From: a virus
Lineage: Duplodnaviria; Caudoviricetes
Strand: one strand, 5' to 3'
IMG/VR virus record: IMGVR_UViG_3300049321_000004
Location: 7,620-71,619 of that record
DNA: 64,000 nt
Shown here: piece after piece, positions 18,513-29,341 of the stretch
Layout of the letters: every line of letters begins with the position of its first letter
Position numbering within the stretch: position 1 is the first letter of the stretch
Made by a program: the position numbers and the translations under genes
The notes under the pieces: model-generated
Seen by the model: only the letters and a program-made list of their open reading frames with translations
Database searches by the model: none
Told to the model about the DNA's origin: nothing

Positions 18513-19315
18513 TGGCTACTTCCTATCCCCGCCGACCGTACATGGGAAACTCCCGTGGCCGGATGGATCCGAACTACCTCCAGCGCATCAACCGCATGAT
18601 TGCGGAGCAGATCGCCTCCCAACAGAGCCAACCGGTGGAAGAGGTGGCCTTTGATGAGACCTCGTACAACACGGACCCGGAGATGCCATACCTTGAGGAT
18701 CTCTCTCCCACGGCCCGCTATCGTGACATGCAGTTCCGTGACGCAGGAAGACGCTATGGCATCCTCCAGAACATGCGTGCTGCCATTGATGAGCAGAGAC
18801 AGGCCCAAGAACGGGGTGAACCCACCCTGCGTGAGGATGTAGCCATGGGAGTGACCCGCTCTCCCGGTGGACGAGTCCGAACTGAAGGAGGCGGTCTCAT
18901 CACCAAGACTCCCGCTGAAGTAATCAAAGGCATTCCCGGTGGGGAAGTGCGTCCCCAGATGCCGGGAATCACCCCAGCCAGCGCCATTGTGAACCGTGCC
19001 TTGGACATCCTCAGGCCAAAGACAGCACCCATTCCTGACCGTGTTGTAGCCCCAGCACGGGCTACCCTGACGTCTCCCTATGGGAAGGGAAGTTCTGTCA
19101 TGGAAGCGCCCAAGACTCCCGGAACATTCTCCTTCCAGAATGCTGAGGGGCAGACCATCTCGGCTCCTTTCTCCGCACTGAAGGATCCTCGCTTCATGAA
19201 ATTCATGTCCGAAGAAGAAACTGCTCGTGGTGTACGAGGAGGGCCAATTGATGAGGAGATTGCTGGTCCTTCCATCGAAGACATCCTAGCCCAACTCGCA
19301 GCCGCTGAAGCATGA
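18512..19315 (+). CDS. Putative internal virion protein
   Basis: TAATG-coupled ORF. Confidence 0.5.
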   Translation: MATSYPRRPYMGNSRGRMDPNYLQRINRMIAEQIASQQSQPVEEVAFDETSYNTDPEMPYLEDLSPTARYRDMQFRDAGRRYGILQNMRAAIDEQRQAQERGEPTLREDVAMGVTRSPGGRVRTEGGGLITKTPAEVIKGIPGGEVRPQMPGITPASAIVNRALDILRPKTAPIPDRVVAPARATLTSPYGKGSSVMEAPKTPGTFSFQNAEGQTISAPFSALKDPRFMKFMSEEETARGVRGGPIDEEIAGPSIEDILAQLAAAEA

Positions 19316-20274
19316 ATACTTCTACGACCGTGGCCCAAGCTAGAGAACTGCTTTTTCAGTTCTACACGCCTGCCGACCCAAATTCAGTCAACTTCCTGAG
19401 AGGCCTGAACAAGGTATCAGCTCGACTGATTAATGATGGAAAATGGAAAGGAAACGTGGTTCCCGGTGTTTTCGATTCTTCTACTGGGTACATCACCCTT
19501 CCTTACGAGGTCCAGTCCATCCTTTCTGTCCATGTGAACGGATGCCCTGAAGTGGTCTTCAACGAGTTTTTTGAATATGTCTCAGTGGGACCGGGAGAAC
19601 TCCGATCCGATCTCCACAACCAAGGGCTCCTTGTAGACATGGGAGATGGCTGGCCATGTCAGCGTGACATCGAAACGGCCAACTACCTCAAGTTCATTCT
19701 CAATGCTCCCGCCGACGCTGGGAAGACAGTCCGTATCTTCGGAACCTCTGGAGAAGCGGGTTCCTTGGGTGAGGATTTGTACGATTCCACCACAGGTGTT
19801 CGTGGCATGCCCGTGACTCTGGCTTACCCCTCTGTCACCACCAACTTCAAGGTCCAGAAAATCACCGGACTCCAGTTCCAGTCTGGTCGTGTGGGCCTCA
19901 CGGGTTTGTACGTAGTGACTAGTGGGGATGATTACTTCCTAAGCCGGTACTATCCCTTTGAAACCAACCCCACCTACAAGCGTTACAAGACCCAGACAAC
20001 CACTCAGCGCATTGGCTTGAAGTTCCGCCGTCGTTGGGTGCAGATGACCGCTGAGACAGACTGGGTGTACCCTGGAAATCTGGCAGCCCTCCAGCTAGGT
20101 CTACAGGCCCTCAAGCACGAGGAGACAGGCTACTTGGAAGAGGCCATGAACGAATGGGCTGCTGCCGTTAAATGGCTCAATGACGAACTTCGGGCCAATC
20201 ATGGGTCTGCCATCTTCCCCATCAACTGGGCTCCCTTTGGCCCCTACCGTACCACGGCACCCAACGCCTACTGA
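19312..20274 (+). CDS. Putative head-tail adaptor / tail tubular protein
   Basis: 320-aa globular ORF with helical termini and beta core, position in virion operon. Confidence 0.4.
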   Translation: MNTSTTVAQARELLFQFYTPADPNSVNFLRGLNKVSARLINDGKWKGNVVPGVFDSSTGYITLPYEVQSILSVHVNGCPEVVFNEFFEYVSVGPGELRSDLHNQGLLVDMGDGWPCQRDIETANYLKFILNAPADAGKTVRIFGTSGEAGSLGEDLYDSTTGVRGMPVTLAYPSVTTNFKVQKITGLQFQSGRVGLTGLYVVTSGDDYFLSRYYPFETNPTYKRYKTQTTTQRIGLKFRRRWVQMTAETDWVYPGNLAALQLGLQALKHEETGYLEEAMNEWAAAVKWLNDELRANHGSAIFPINWAPFGPYRTTAPNAY

Positions 20275-20277
20275 TTC

Positions 20278-21834
20278 ATGGCTTCTCCCTACGACTCCGC
20301 CATCGATATGTTCAACCTTCCCCGCTACGCCGGGTTGCAGGAGTCCTTTGTCTTTCCACGGAGGGAGAATCCAGCCGAAAACTCACGCCGCGCCTTCCTT
20401 GAAGGATCTTCTCCTGCCGCTCCAGAAGATGAAGACTGGAATCTGGCCATGCAATCCCCTGATCCCATGGGAGTCATGGAGGAGTTGAAGAAAGTCCGTG
20501 AAGAACGGGAGACAGAGGATCTTATTGCCTCCATTGCCGAACTGGACCCTGCGGCCAAGGACTACCTCACCAAGATCCGTGGCACCATGGCCCAGCAGCC
20601 CAAGGCCTTTGCTACTCCAGCAGTGGGACGCATCTTGGACTTCCAGCAGCGCATGATGCCTCCCAAGCGTCCTGCTCCCGCCTTCCAGTATCCCCAGTTC
20701 CAATCCCAGTACCAGAAACTCATTGCTGGCGGAACTGATCCCCAAGCCGCTGCCGATCAGGTGCAGATGGCAGAACAGCAATATGGTCTCCAGCGTCAAC
20801 TGGCAGCGTCAGGTCTTCCGTTTGATTCTCCTGAACTGATGACAGACAACCAGTTGGATGAGCTGAAGGTTCTCCAGACACTGGCCAAAGCCAAGAACGA
20901 GGCCAAACAGAAGACAGCCCAGTTCCGCGTTCCTTCCGAACTCAGCGAAGCCCTCCAAGATGCTGTGCTTCAAGGAGATCAGGAAGCCATAGGAGAAGCT
21001 ACAAGGGCCATTGAATCCTACCAGCAGGCTGTCTCCCGATTCATGCCCAGCAAGCCTGCTGCTCCGGTTCCTCAGGTTGCTCCAGCAGATCTGAAGCGTG
21101 TAGATGAAGCAGCTTCCTCACCATCCAAAGGCTTGCTGGAACAGGGAAACATCGATCTTACGACACGTCCAATCGTTAAGAACGCAGACGGAACTAGCAG
21201 TACAGTCAGATCCCTAAGTTTTGAGTCGAACGGAAAGGAAATACTTGTTCCAACAGTCTCTGATGATGGTCGGATCATGTCTGATGATGAAGCTGTGGAG
21301 AACTACCGGAAGACAGGGAAACACCTTGGAATCTTCCAGACTCCACAAGCTGCTACTGAATACGCCAAGAAGCTCCATGACGATTATGAGCAGGGGAGAA
21401 TTAAAATGAAATCTACGCCTCCTGCATCTACCCAAATTTCCACCCCAAAGCTTTCTGAGGAACAAATGAAGTCGCAAGCGTTGGCTGTAGCTCCGCAGAA
21501 ACTGTCAGTGGATGCACAAGCCGCGCTGAAGATCCTTGGTCCTGACAAACTCTTGGAATACTACATGACCAAGACCCCGGAAAACCCCACCAATCCGGGA
21601 GATGTGAAGACTGCAAATGAAGAGGGAACCCGTCTGGGAGAAGAGCTGCTCAAAGAGTGGGGCGTTAGCGCAGATCGCAGCGCGGCCCTTGATGAAGCCG
21701 CCAACATCCTCAATGACCTCATGGGTCCCTTCGGATACCAGACACGGATGGAAATGGACAAACAGCCCCGATTCGTGAATGCTCAGGGAAGTCAAGCCCC
21801 GGTCATCAAGGCCATCCGGCTTAAAACATCCTGA
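20278..21834 (+). CDS. Putative internal (ejection) virion protein
   Basis: Q/A/P-rich helical protein carrying a GNIDL..RP.VKN.DG..STVRS..GKHLGIF module. Confidence 0.55.
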   Translation: MASPYDSAIDMFNLPRYAGLQESFVFPRRENPAENSRRAFLEGSSPAAPEDEDWNLAMQSPDPMGVMEELKKVREERETEDLIASIAELDPAAKDYLTKIRGTMAQQPKAFATPAVGRILDFQQRMMPPKRPAPAFQYPQFQSQYQKLIAGGTDPQAAADQVQMAEQQYGLQRQLAASGLPFDSPELMTDNQLDELKVLQTLAKAKNEAKQKTAQFRVPSELSEALQDAVLQGDQEAIGEATRAIESYQQAVSRFMPSKPAAPVPQVAPADLKRVDEAASSPSKGLLEQGNIDLTTRPIVKNADGTSSTVRSLSFESNGKEILVPTVSDDGRIMSDDEAVENYRKTGKHLGIFQTPQAATEYAKKLHDDYEQGRIKMKSTPPASTQISTPKLSEEQMKSQALAVAPQKLSVDAQAALKILGPDKLLEYYMTKTPENPTNPGDVKTANEEGTRLGEELLKEWGVSADRSAALDEAANILNDLMGPFGYQTRMEMDKQPRFVNAQGSQAPVIKAIRLKTS

Positions 21835-21838
21835 TTCC

Positions 21839-24800
21839 ATGCCTACCTTCGATGTCGAACTTGAAGATGGACGTATTCTTGAGATCGACGCTGACAGAGA
21901 GCCGACTCAGGACGAAATCTATCAGTCCCTAGGATACACACTGGACACCAGGCAGTCCCTTGCTGGGTCCATGGGATCCTCGGCTGGACGTGGCCTTCTT
22001 GGAGTGCCTAAGGGAATGGTGGGAGGTCTGGGTGATATTGCCTCCTTAGTTCCCGGTCTGGAAGACAACCCACTTCAACGGGGAGCCGAGGCTTTTGAGT
22101 CTGCTTACTCCGAAGCCCTTCCCGTCAATCCAGCCAATGAGGGATTTTTCCCTGTCAAAGCCGCCAATGCCATTGGGCAGGCTGGTGGGATGCTGGCTAC
22201 TTCCGCAGGGTCTGTAGCTCTTAAGGCTACTCCTGCTGTTGCCCGTGCAGTAGCTCTCGGTACCGCAGGACTTTTGGGAGCGGAACAAGGGGGTGACATT
22301 GCTGACCAGTACGGCATGACTGATTGGACAGATCGCGCTGCCTCAATCGTAGGTGGTGGGGCTACTGAAGCAGCTACAGAATCCCTTGGCGGTATTGGCG
22401 GGGGTACATGGACTCGCAACTGGGTCAACCGGGCCAAGAGCGCCATGCAACCGGGTTCAGCACTGCTTCGATTCGGGAAAACGGCTGGCATTGAAGGCGT
22501 GGAAGAAATCATTGCCGGGGAAGCCCGTGACCAGCTTACTAAGGGGATTGTGGAGGAGGATCCTGAGCGCCCCGGATTCGCCCTCAACGGACAACCGCTT
22601 CCTGCGGACTTCCTGTCTATGGATACCCTGAAGAACCGCCTTGAAGAAGGGGCCTTGGGAGCCATTGGGGGATCTGTCTTTGCTGGAGTTGAGGCCCTCA
22701 ATGGTCGCACAGAAGTGGACGAGGCGCTGGGTTTGCGTCTGGAAGCGCAGAATGCCATCAAGGACCTGCAAAGCCGCTCAGAAACCCTTTCTGAGGCAGA
22801 ACAGACGGAACTAGCCCAACTCCAACAGGAGGATGAGAACCTCAGCGCATGGCTCAACCGCCAAGGCACCGAAAAGATCCGGCCCGTGGTGGATGCCCTC
22901 ATGGCTGAACCGGCTACCTTTGCTGAGTCACTGGCCAAATATGCGGAAGACGCAGGCCGCACGGAAGATGCTGCCCGCTGGCGCTCTCCTGAAGGCATTC
23001 AGGAAGCCTCAGAGGCTCTCACTGGCTATGCCACGGCCCTCCAGCAGAATCAGGAAGCACCCACTCCTGAAACACAGGAGGCAGTGGACAGCAATCCCCT
23101 GCATGACATTTTCAATCCCACCTCTCCCAATCGTCAGAGAACGGCGCTGGATCGTTCCTATGAGGAGAGGAAGGCCCAGTTGCAAGAACGTACCAAGGCC
23201 GCTCAACAGGCTGCTGGAGTATCCAAGGCTGATGCTGCCACGGTAGAGATTGCTGCCAACACGGCTGAAGCAGGAGCGCCCCAGACAGCAGAGGCCTTGG
23301 TTGAAGCCACTGCTTCCCTTCCAACAGAGACCAAGGCTGAAGAGTCGGAAGCTGCTCCTCAACCTTCCCCCGTGCGCTTCAACACCCGGTTCACAGGACA
23401 ATCCCAAGGCCCGTTGGAAACAAGGGAGATGGCGGATCCAGAGGCTGAGGTCTACAAACAAGGAACCATCCTTCCTGAAGGATACCAAGGTCCACAAATT
23501 GAACAGACTACTCCTGTAGAAAGGCAAACACGTCATCGCGTCTTTGAAGGTGGAAGTCCTATTTCCGTTCCATCTGGTCCCAATGTCCTTGATGCCCGCG
23601 ATGAAACCAATGCCTACCGTGTCACCACCCAACCCCAGATTGATGACATCCTTGCCACAGGTCAGGTCAGGTCCAAGGAAGGAAAAATCAAGGGTGGAAG
23701 AACAGGAGAAACCCAATGGAGTCGTGGTCATCCCTCTCTGGGGTATCGCAGTGATCAGGGTCGCTATGTCATCGTAGCCCCAGCCGAAGGTCTCCAAGAC
23801 CGGCAGGGAGGACTTCCTCTGTCTGAAGTATCCCGCATCTTCAAGGCCCAAGATGGTGGATGGGTGGATGTCACCGAAGAAATCAAATCCCAAAAACCTG
23901 CTTCATCTCCTCCTTCGCCGCTCCAAGTAGCCCAAGAGGTCCAGCGACAGGCCCAATCCCTCATTCCCCAATACACCGGAACCCAACGTCTGGTAGCCCA
24001 GAGGAATGCCGATGTCCTTACCAAGGCCATCCAGAAAGAGGCCCGTAAGTTTGCCGGGGTGAACTTTGCTGATACTCCCGGTGGAGCAAGGATGGAACTC
24101 GATGGAACCATCTCCATCTCGGTCCCCATTCTCCTTGATCGCATGTCCCATCGTACTGAGAGGGATGCCTCACGGTGGATAGAATCCGTTCTGGATGAGG
24201 AGTTTCGTCACCGTGTCAGCATTGAACTAGCGCAAAAAGACCCTGCTTTCCAAGCAGATCTGGAACTGCTCTATGACGCCCTTCCTGAGGAAGTGAAGGA
24301 AATGTCCCGTGCTGCCTACTTCGCCCAAGTAGACGCCCGACTTCCTGAAGGTGAACCTGTCAACCAGTTCTCCAATCCCTTCATCGCCCAGCATGAGTTC
24401 TTCCGGCAGTATTGGCAGAATGTAGATGTCCAGCGAGCCACGGAATCTGCTCTGGCCAGCAAGGGGCTGCTTGGAAAGCTACGCTCACTCATTGCCAAGT
24501 TCATCCGTGAACTCCGCCGCATCCAGAAGGGTCTGGTTGACCCCAACATCAAAGCCATGCTGGATCGCCTCATTGCACAGGCAGAATCCAAAGCCAAGGA
24601 ACTCCAATCCCTCGATGACACGACATCCACGCCGATACAGGAACTCGATCAGGTGCCGGGCCAGACGGTTTCTCCGCAAGCAACTCTTCCATCAGGTTCA
24701 CCCCAATTTGGGACTGAATTAAGCACAGCATCTGAAATCCCTCCTCGTCCTGAAGCCCCTGTTTCCTACGACGAACGAGGCACAGGAAACACCACAGACG

Positions 24801-27800
24801 AGGTGTTGGATAGCCTGTGGAGACCATTCTATGCAACATGGGAGGCTAATCGTACCGAGAACGGTCTTCCGCTGGATCAAGCCCAGCTTGCTGCGGACTG
24901 GCAGGATCACATCTCCGATTCAGACTACTTGTTCAACAAGGATCTGGAACTGATGATGGAGAAGAGGAATCGGGGGCGTGAGCCGGGATTGTACAGCCCT
25001 GAACCCACTCAAACACCATCCGAACTTTCTACAGCACCCTCTGGCACAGATCGACTTCAAGAGATTGCTGACCGATTCTCCTACGAACCCTCCACCACCC
25101 AACAGGAAGGTCAGACTCCTGCACAGGCTACCAAGGATCAGCGCACCTACTCTGATGGTACCCCCGTAGAGATGTACCGTGAAGGTGGGATCTCTGGACC
25201 CCTTGGCGAGAAATGGGCTGGAGAAGCCATCGACCTCCTCATCAACCAATCCCCCGATGGTCCTTCCATGGATTTCGGCAGGGAGTTAATGGGGTATATA
25301 CGGGGTACTTCCGATGAGTGGAATGGGCTCCGGGAGAGCAATACGGCCCTGAGGATGAACATGGCCCGTAGTCTGGTGAACGATGTTCAACAGCGTAATG
25401 TGTTAGGCATCCAGATTGGAGACCTGCGACTGGCCATGCAGAAGATGCTCACCACCTCAGGAAAGGTGCTGCAATCTGCCGCCAACTTCATCTACCAGCC
25501 GCTTCAAAAGATGGCGGAGAAAGCCAAGGAACTGGCTACCACCAAGGCTGACCAAGAACTTGGATCCTCGGACTTTGTGGGAATGGCCAAGGAAGCCAAT
25601 GAATCCTTCGTCAAGGACACCAAGGACAACTTCACAGAGAACCTGACAGACTCCGATGTGAAGGAAATGGTCATGGAAGAAGCCCAGAATGAGGTGGACG
25701 CCATGGACTACAGCTTTGCCTTGGAGGAACTGGGTCCAGAGAAAGCCCAAGCCTTCCAAGACCTCATTGCTGAGATCGCCTCCCTTGACGAGGAACTGCG
25801 TCAACTGGCTGAACTGGAATCCCTTTCCACTCCTCCCAGCACAGCAGCATCTGCCCGTGAACAGGTTCGCAGCAAGAAGCTGACGGTTGAGGAACTGCGC
25901 AAGAGCATTGAGGCCCGCAAGAAGACCATTGGAGACCTGATGGAGAAGATCCAAGGGGTCAAGACCACCGGTGATGTGGTGGAACAGGCCAGAACCAAGG
26001 TCCGTGCCGCCAAAAAGAAGAAGCAGGCGAAAGTCACCAACAACGCCTCCTTCCGTGATTGGGTGGGAGGTGCTGAGACAGCGGATTTGGCCAAGTTCAA
26101 TGACTTGATGAAGAAGTACATCCAAGCCTCTGGATTCAACCGTGAGGCGTTTACCACTCTTCTGACTAACAAGTTTCCCGAGGCAGATCCGGACTTTATC
26201 AACAAGGTTGTGTATGGGTTTGCCTCCGTTCTAGATGGAGCTGCCACGGAAGAGGGAGTGACAGAATCTGCTCCCGTGAACTACGACGCACGGGCCAAGC
26301 GTATTGTGGCCAAGTCTCTTTCCGAAGGCTCTACAGCTCCCAAGGTAGAACAAGTAGACCCGTTGAACGAACTCACCGGCAAGCGTCTCAAGGGAGAAAT
26401 CTCTGTAAAGCAATTTCAGGAGGAAGCCAAGAAGCTGGGAATTGGTGAAGATACTGTCTTCGCCCTACTCCAGAAGGTGGACTTGGATCGTGCCCGAATT
26501 GGGGACACCGCCGCCCAACGCCAGATGAATGCTGAGGCCAAGAAGGGTATGAAGCAGGCTCGCGAAGCTGCCGAGAGAGAGGCTCAGAAGTTTGAGAAGG
26601 AAGCGCTGCGTGAAATCCAGTCGGCGTCTGCTCAGTTTGTCGAAAACTCCCCCCAAAAGAAGCCTGCGGCCTCCGACCTGAAGCTGCTCAAGGACTCGTT
26701 CCTTGGGAAGAATGGACCTCCCATCCCTGAGTCGGAATTCCTCTCCAAAGCAGCCGAACTGAACATCAAGCCAGAAACGGCCCAGAAACTCGCTCAGTGG
26801 CTTTCCGCCTCTCGCAGGGCTGATGCCATGGAAAAGCTGCAAAAAGCTCTCCAGAGGGCCGCAAAAGCCAAACAGAAGGCCGTGGAGTCCATGGTGAAGA
26901 AGCTGAGCAAGGTCAAATCCCCCGATCCTCGTAAAGCACGCCAGCGTTCCCAGTTCGTCTCAGCCATCCTAGGAGCCATGGAGACCGGCATCCTTGAGGA
27001 GGATGCGGTTCGGGACAGCTTTGCCCATGCCTATGACCTCCATGGCCTGACCAACGAGCGCCTGAAAGAACTGGGGCAGATGCTTCAGGACATTGAGAAA
27101 CTCCCCGAGGGAATGGTCAAGGAGACGCTCTACAACGAGTTCTCCGTCCTTCTTAACGATCTGGCTCCCAGCGCCCAGTACAGCAAGTTCGCCCACGAAG
27201 CCCTCATGGGATACGTCCTTGGAGGTATCAACACCATGGTCATGCAGGTATCGGGCATCAACCGCTACCTCAACCCTCTGTCTGGAACGCTGAATGTCCT
27301 GTGGCGTCCTGAGGGCACCATTGGCCAGAAGATCGGAAGAACCCTTGGAGGCAAGTATGTCCCTATGGGGAACTTCTTCCGGGTCTACTTCCAAGGCATC
27401 AACCAGTTGATCCAGAGCCTTCCCCAGATTGCCAATGGCATTACTGGCATCATAGACTCCAAGCCAACAGGAATTGGAGCCATGCCAACTGGATTACAGA
27501 ACATCCGGGTCCATGACACCAGCATGTCCTACACCCCAGTGGGTCAAATCAGTAAGTTCCGGTTCGAGGCTCCAAAACTCTTTGAGAAGATGGGTCTATC
27601 AGGACTCGTCAACCTCACCAAATACCCAGCATGGATGGCCAGCCGATCCTTCCAAGTGATTCGGGCTGCGGAAGGTCTTGTGGGATCTGCCGACCGGAAC
27701 ATGCAGTGGAGGTCGCAGATGACCGAAGCCCTGATGAAGGGGGACAACCTTTCGTGGGCAGAGGCCTACAGTCGCGTTTCTGATGCCTTAGGGGACAAGA

Positions 27801-29341
27801 CAGCGGAACTCTGGAAAGATGCCAAAGCTCAAGCTAAGCTTGAATACGATTCAGGCCTATTGGGGGACAAGAAAGATGTGGTTAGCAAAACCATTCTCAA
27901 AGTAGCCTCAAAGGGAATTATGGCTTCCCGTGCCAATGAGATCGTGCAGCAGAAACTGGAGGAGCAATGGGGTAAGAAACTGGAGAACCGGGACCGGGAA
28001 CAAGCTGCCCTGCTGGGGTTCAAACAGGATCCTCTCACCCCTCTGGGGGCAGCCGCCTACAAGGGAGTGGCCCGTATCCTCAACCGGGACCAAGGTGCTC
28101 TCAAGTATGCCAAATTCTCCTTCCTGTTCGCCCGCTTCTTCGTCAACGCCATCGAAACGGCCTACTTCAACTCACCCCTTGGATTCACAGGAGGACTGAT
28201 GCTGCCCAAGTCCCTAAAGAAACCTGCTGATGAACGGGAGCAGAACATCGAGCGTATCTATGGGTCGGTGAAAGCCTACCGTGAAGCCCGTCTGGCTCAA
28301 GCTGTGTCAGGAACTGCTGTTCTTGGGGCTGTGGGAGCGTTAATGGTCGCTGCTTTTAGGGACTGGGATCCCGAGGATGAAGATCCGCCATGGTTTGCTG
28401 TAAGTGGAGATCCTCTGGGCGAGTTCCAGAAAAAGGGGATGATGGAAAGCACAGGCTGGTGGAAACCAAACACCCTGTACCTGGGCCCACTCCGTATCAA
28501 CTATGTGAACACCAGTCCTGAAATGGCCATGACGTTGAGTGTTGCAGGAAACCTTTCGGATAGGTTTATCTTCGACAAGCTTCTCAACTACCGGACCAAC
28601 CCCCAGACTGATGAGAAGGAGTTCAGTGCCCAACAGGCCATGGTGACTCCTGTTCTGGAGGCTACTATTGCCCCCATGACCCGCTCCACCTACCGGCATT
28701 GGGTGGACGCCATTGAACAGGCCTCCGATGGGAAGTGGGAGAAGGCTTCCAAGCTCATCACATCCCCTGTCACCGGAACAGCCACTGCTCTTTCTCCGCT
28801 TGGGCTCATTCCATCGGTAAAGTCTTTTGAGAAGCTGGAACGACAGGAATCACAGCCCAAGACCCCCAAATCCATCACCCAAGCAGCGGCAGGCAATGTC
28901 CCGTTTGCGGACAGCCTTGGTCTGGACCGTGGCAAACCTCTGGTGACTCCTTTCGGAGATCCCCTCACCCCCTTCTCCTACTTATCCATGTTCACCAATG
29001 AACAGGAGGTGGATCCTGAAGTAGGGAAGGCAGCCCGTACACTGGCCAATATGGGACTCTCCCCCATGGGGCCAGAAGTCACCTACCATGGTGGTGGAAT
29101 CGGGGAGATCTCCGTGGATGGGAAACGCTACCTCCTCAATGACGAAGAACGGGCTGTGGCTCTGCATGAAATCGGCATGAGGTTCGCCAAGGAGGTCAAC
29201 CGCAATGAGGATCGCCTGCGTCGTCTGGAAGCCAAGGAAGGGCGCAAAAAGGTGTCCGCCGAGGTCTCTGCGCTAGGAACCAAGGCCAAGACCGCTATCT
29301 TAAGGAAGTACAAGCCGGAGAGGAAGAAGCCCAATGAGTGA
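21839..29341 (+). CDS. Giant (~2,500 aa) internal virion / ejection protein
   Basis: Likely start MPTFDVELEDG at 21839; helical; hydrophobic patches near both ends; last large gene of virion operon. Confidence 0.7.
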   Translation: MPTFDVELEDGRILEIDADREPTQDEIYQSLGYTLDTRQSLAGSMGSSAGRGLLGVPKGMVGGLGDIASLVPGLEDNPLQRGAEAFESAYSEALPVNPANEGFFPVKAANAIGQAGGMLATSAGSVALKATPAVARAVALGTAGLLGAEQGGDIADQYGMTDWTDRAASIVGGGATEAATESLGGIGGGTWTRNWVNRAKSAMQPGSALLRFGKTAGIEGVEEIIAGEARDQLTKGIVEEDPERPGFALNGQPLPADFLSMDTLKNRLEEGALGAIGGSVFAGVEALNGRTEVDEALGLRLEAQNAIKDLQSRSETLSEAEQTELAQLQQEDENLSAWLNRQGTEKIRPVVDALMAEPATFAESLAKYAEDAGRTEDAARWRSPEGIQEASEALTGYATALQQNQEAPTPETQEAVDSNPLHDIFNPTSPNRQRTALDRSYEERKAQLQERTKAAQQAAGVSKADAATVEIAANTAEAGAPQTAEALVEATASLPTETKAEESEAAPQPSPVRFNTRFTGQSQGPLETREMADPEAEVYKQGTILPEGYQGPQIEQTTPVERQTRHRVFEGGSPISVPSGPNVLDARDETNAYRVTTQPQIDDILATGQVRSKEGKIKGGRTGETQWSRGHPSLGYRSDQGRYVIVAPAEGLQDRQGGLPLSEVSRIFKAQDGGWVDVTEEIKSQKPASSPPSPLQVAQEVQRQAQSLIPQYTGTQRLVAQRNADVLTKAIQKEARKFAGVNFADTPGGARMELDGTISISVPILLDRMSHRTERDASRWIESVLDEEFRHRVSIELAQKDPAFQADLELLYDALPEEVKEMSRAAYFAQVDARLPEGEPVNQFSNPFIAQHEFFRQYWQNVDVQRATESALASKGLLGKLRSLIAKFIRELRRIQKGLVDPNIKAMLDRLIAQAESKAKELQSLDDTTSTPIQELDQVPGQTVSPQATLPSGSPQFGTELSTASEIPPRPEAPVSYDERGTGNTTDEVLDSLWRPFYATWEANRTENGLPLDQAQLAADWQDHISDSDYLFNKDLELMMEKRNRGREPGLYSPEPTQTPSELSTAPSGTDRLQEIADRFSYEPSTTQQEGQTPAQATKDQRTYSDGTPVEMYREGGISGPLGEKWAGEAIDLLINQSPDGPSMDFGRELMGYIRGTSDEWNGLRESNTALRMNMARSLVNDVQQRNVLGIQIGDLRLAMQKMLTTSGKVLQSAANFIYQPLQKMAEKAKELATTKADQELGSSDFVGMAKEANESFVKDTKDNFTENLTDSDVKEMVMEEAQNEVDAMDYSFALEELGPEKAQAFQDLIAEIASLDEELRQLAELESLSTPPSTAASAREQVRSKKLTVEELRKSIEARKKTIGDLMEKIQGVKTTGDVVEQARTKVRAAKKKKQAKVTNNASFRDWVGGAETADLAKFNDLMKKYIQASGFNREAFTTLLTNKFPEADPDFINKVVYGFASVLDGAATEEGVTESAPVNYDARAKRIVAKSLSEGSTAPKVEQVDPLNELTGKRLKGEISVKQFQEEAKKLGIGEDTVFALLQKVDLDRARIGDTAAQRQMNAEAKKGMKQAREAAEREAQKFEKEALREIQSASAQFVENSPQKKPAASDLKLLKDSFLGKNGPPIPESEFLSKAAELNIKPETAQKLAQWLSASRRADAMEKLQKALQRAAKAKQKAVESMVKKLSKVKSPDPRKARQRSQFVSAILGAMETGILEEDAVRDSFAHAYDLHGLTNERLKELGQMLQDIEKLPEGMVKETLYNEFSVLLNDLAPSAQYSKFAHEALMGYVLGGINTMVMQVSGINRYLNPLSGTLNVLWRPEGTIGQKIGRTLGGKYVPMGNFFRVYFQGINQLIQSLPQIANGITGIIDSKPTGIGAMPTGLQNIRVHDTSMSYTPVGQISKFRFEAPKLFEKMGLSGLVNLTKYPAWMASRSFQVIRAAEGLVGSADRNMQWRSQMTEALMKGDNLSWAEAYSRVSDALGDKTAELWKDAKAQAKLEYDSGLLGDKKDVVSKTILKVASKGIMASRANEIVQQKLEEQWGKKLENRDREQAALLGFKQDPLTPLGAAAYKGVARILNRDQGALKYAKFSFLFARFFVNAIETAYFNSPLGFTGGLMLPKSLKKPADEREQNIERIYGSVKAYREARLAQAVSGTAVLGAVGALMVAAFRDWDPEDEDPPWFAVSGDPLGEFQKKGMMESTGWWKPNTLYLGPLRINYVNTSPEMAMTLSVAGNLSDRFIFDKLLNYRTNPQTDEKEFSAQQAMVTPVLEATIAPMTRSTYRHWVDAIEQASDGKWEKASKLITSPVTGTATALSPLGLIPSVKSFEKLERQESQPKTPKSITQAAAGNVPFADSLGLDRGKPLVTPFGDPLTPFSYLSMFTNEQEVDPEVGKAARTLANMGLSPMGPEVTYHGGGIGEISVDGKRYLLNDEERAVALHEIGMRFAKEVNRNEDRLRRLEAKEGRKKVSAEVSALGTKAKTAILRKYKPERKKPNE

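Noticed and set aside
21839-29341. Virion-encapsidated RNA polymerase (N4- or crAss-like)
   Set aside because: No T7-type or DxDGD/DFDID catalytic motifs seen
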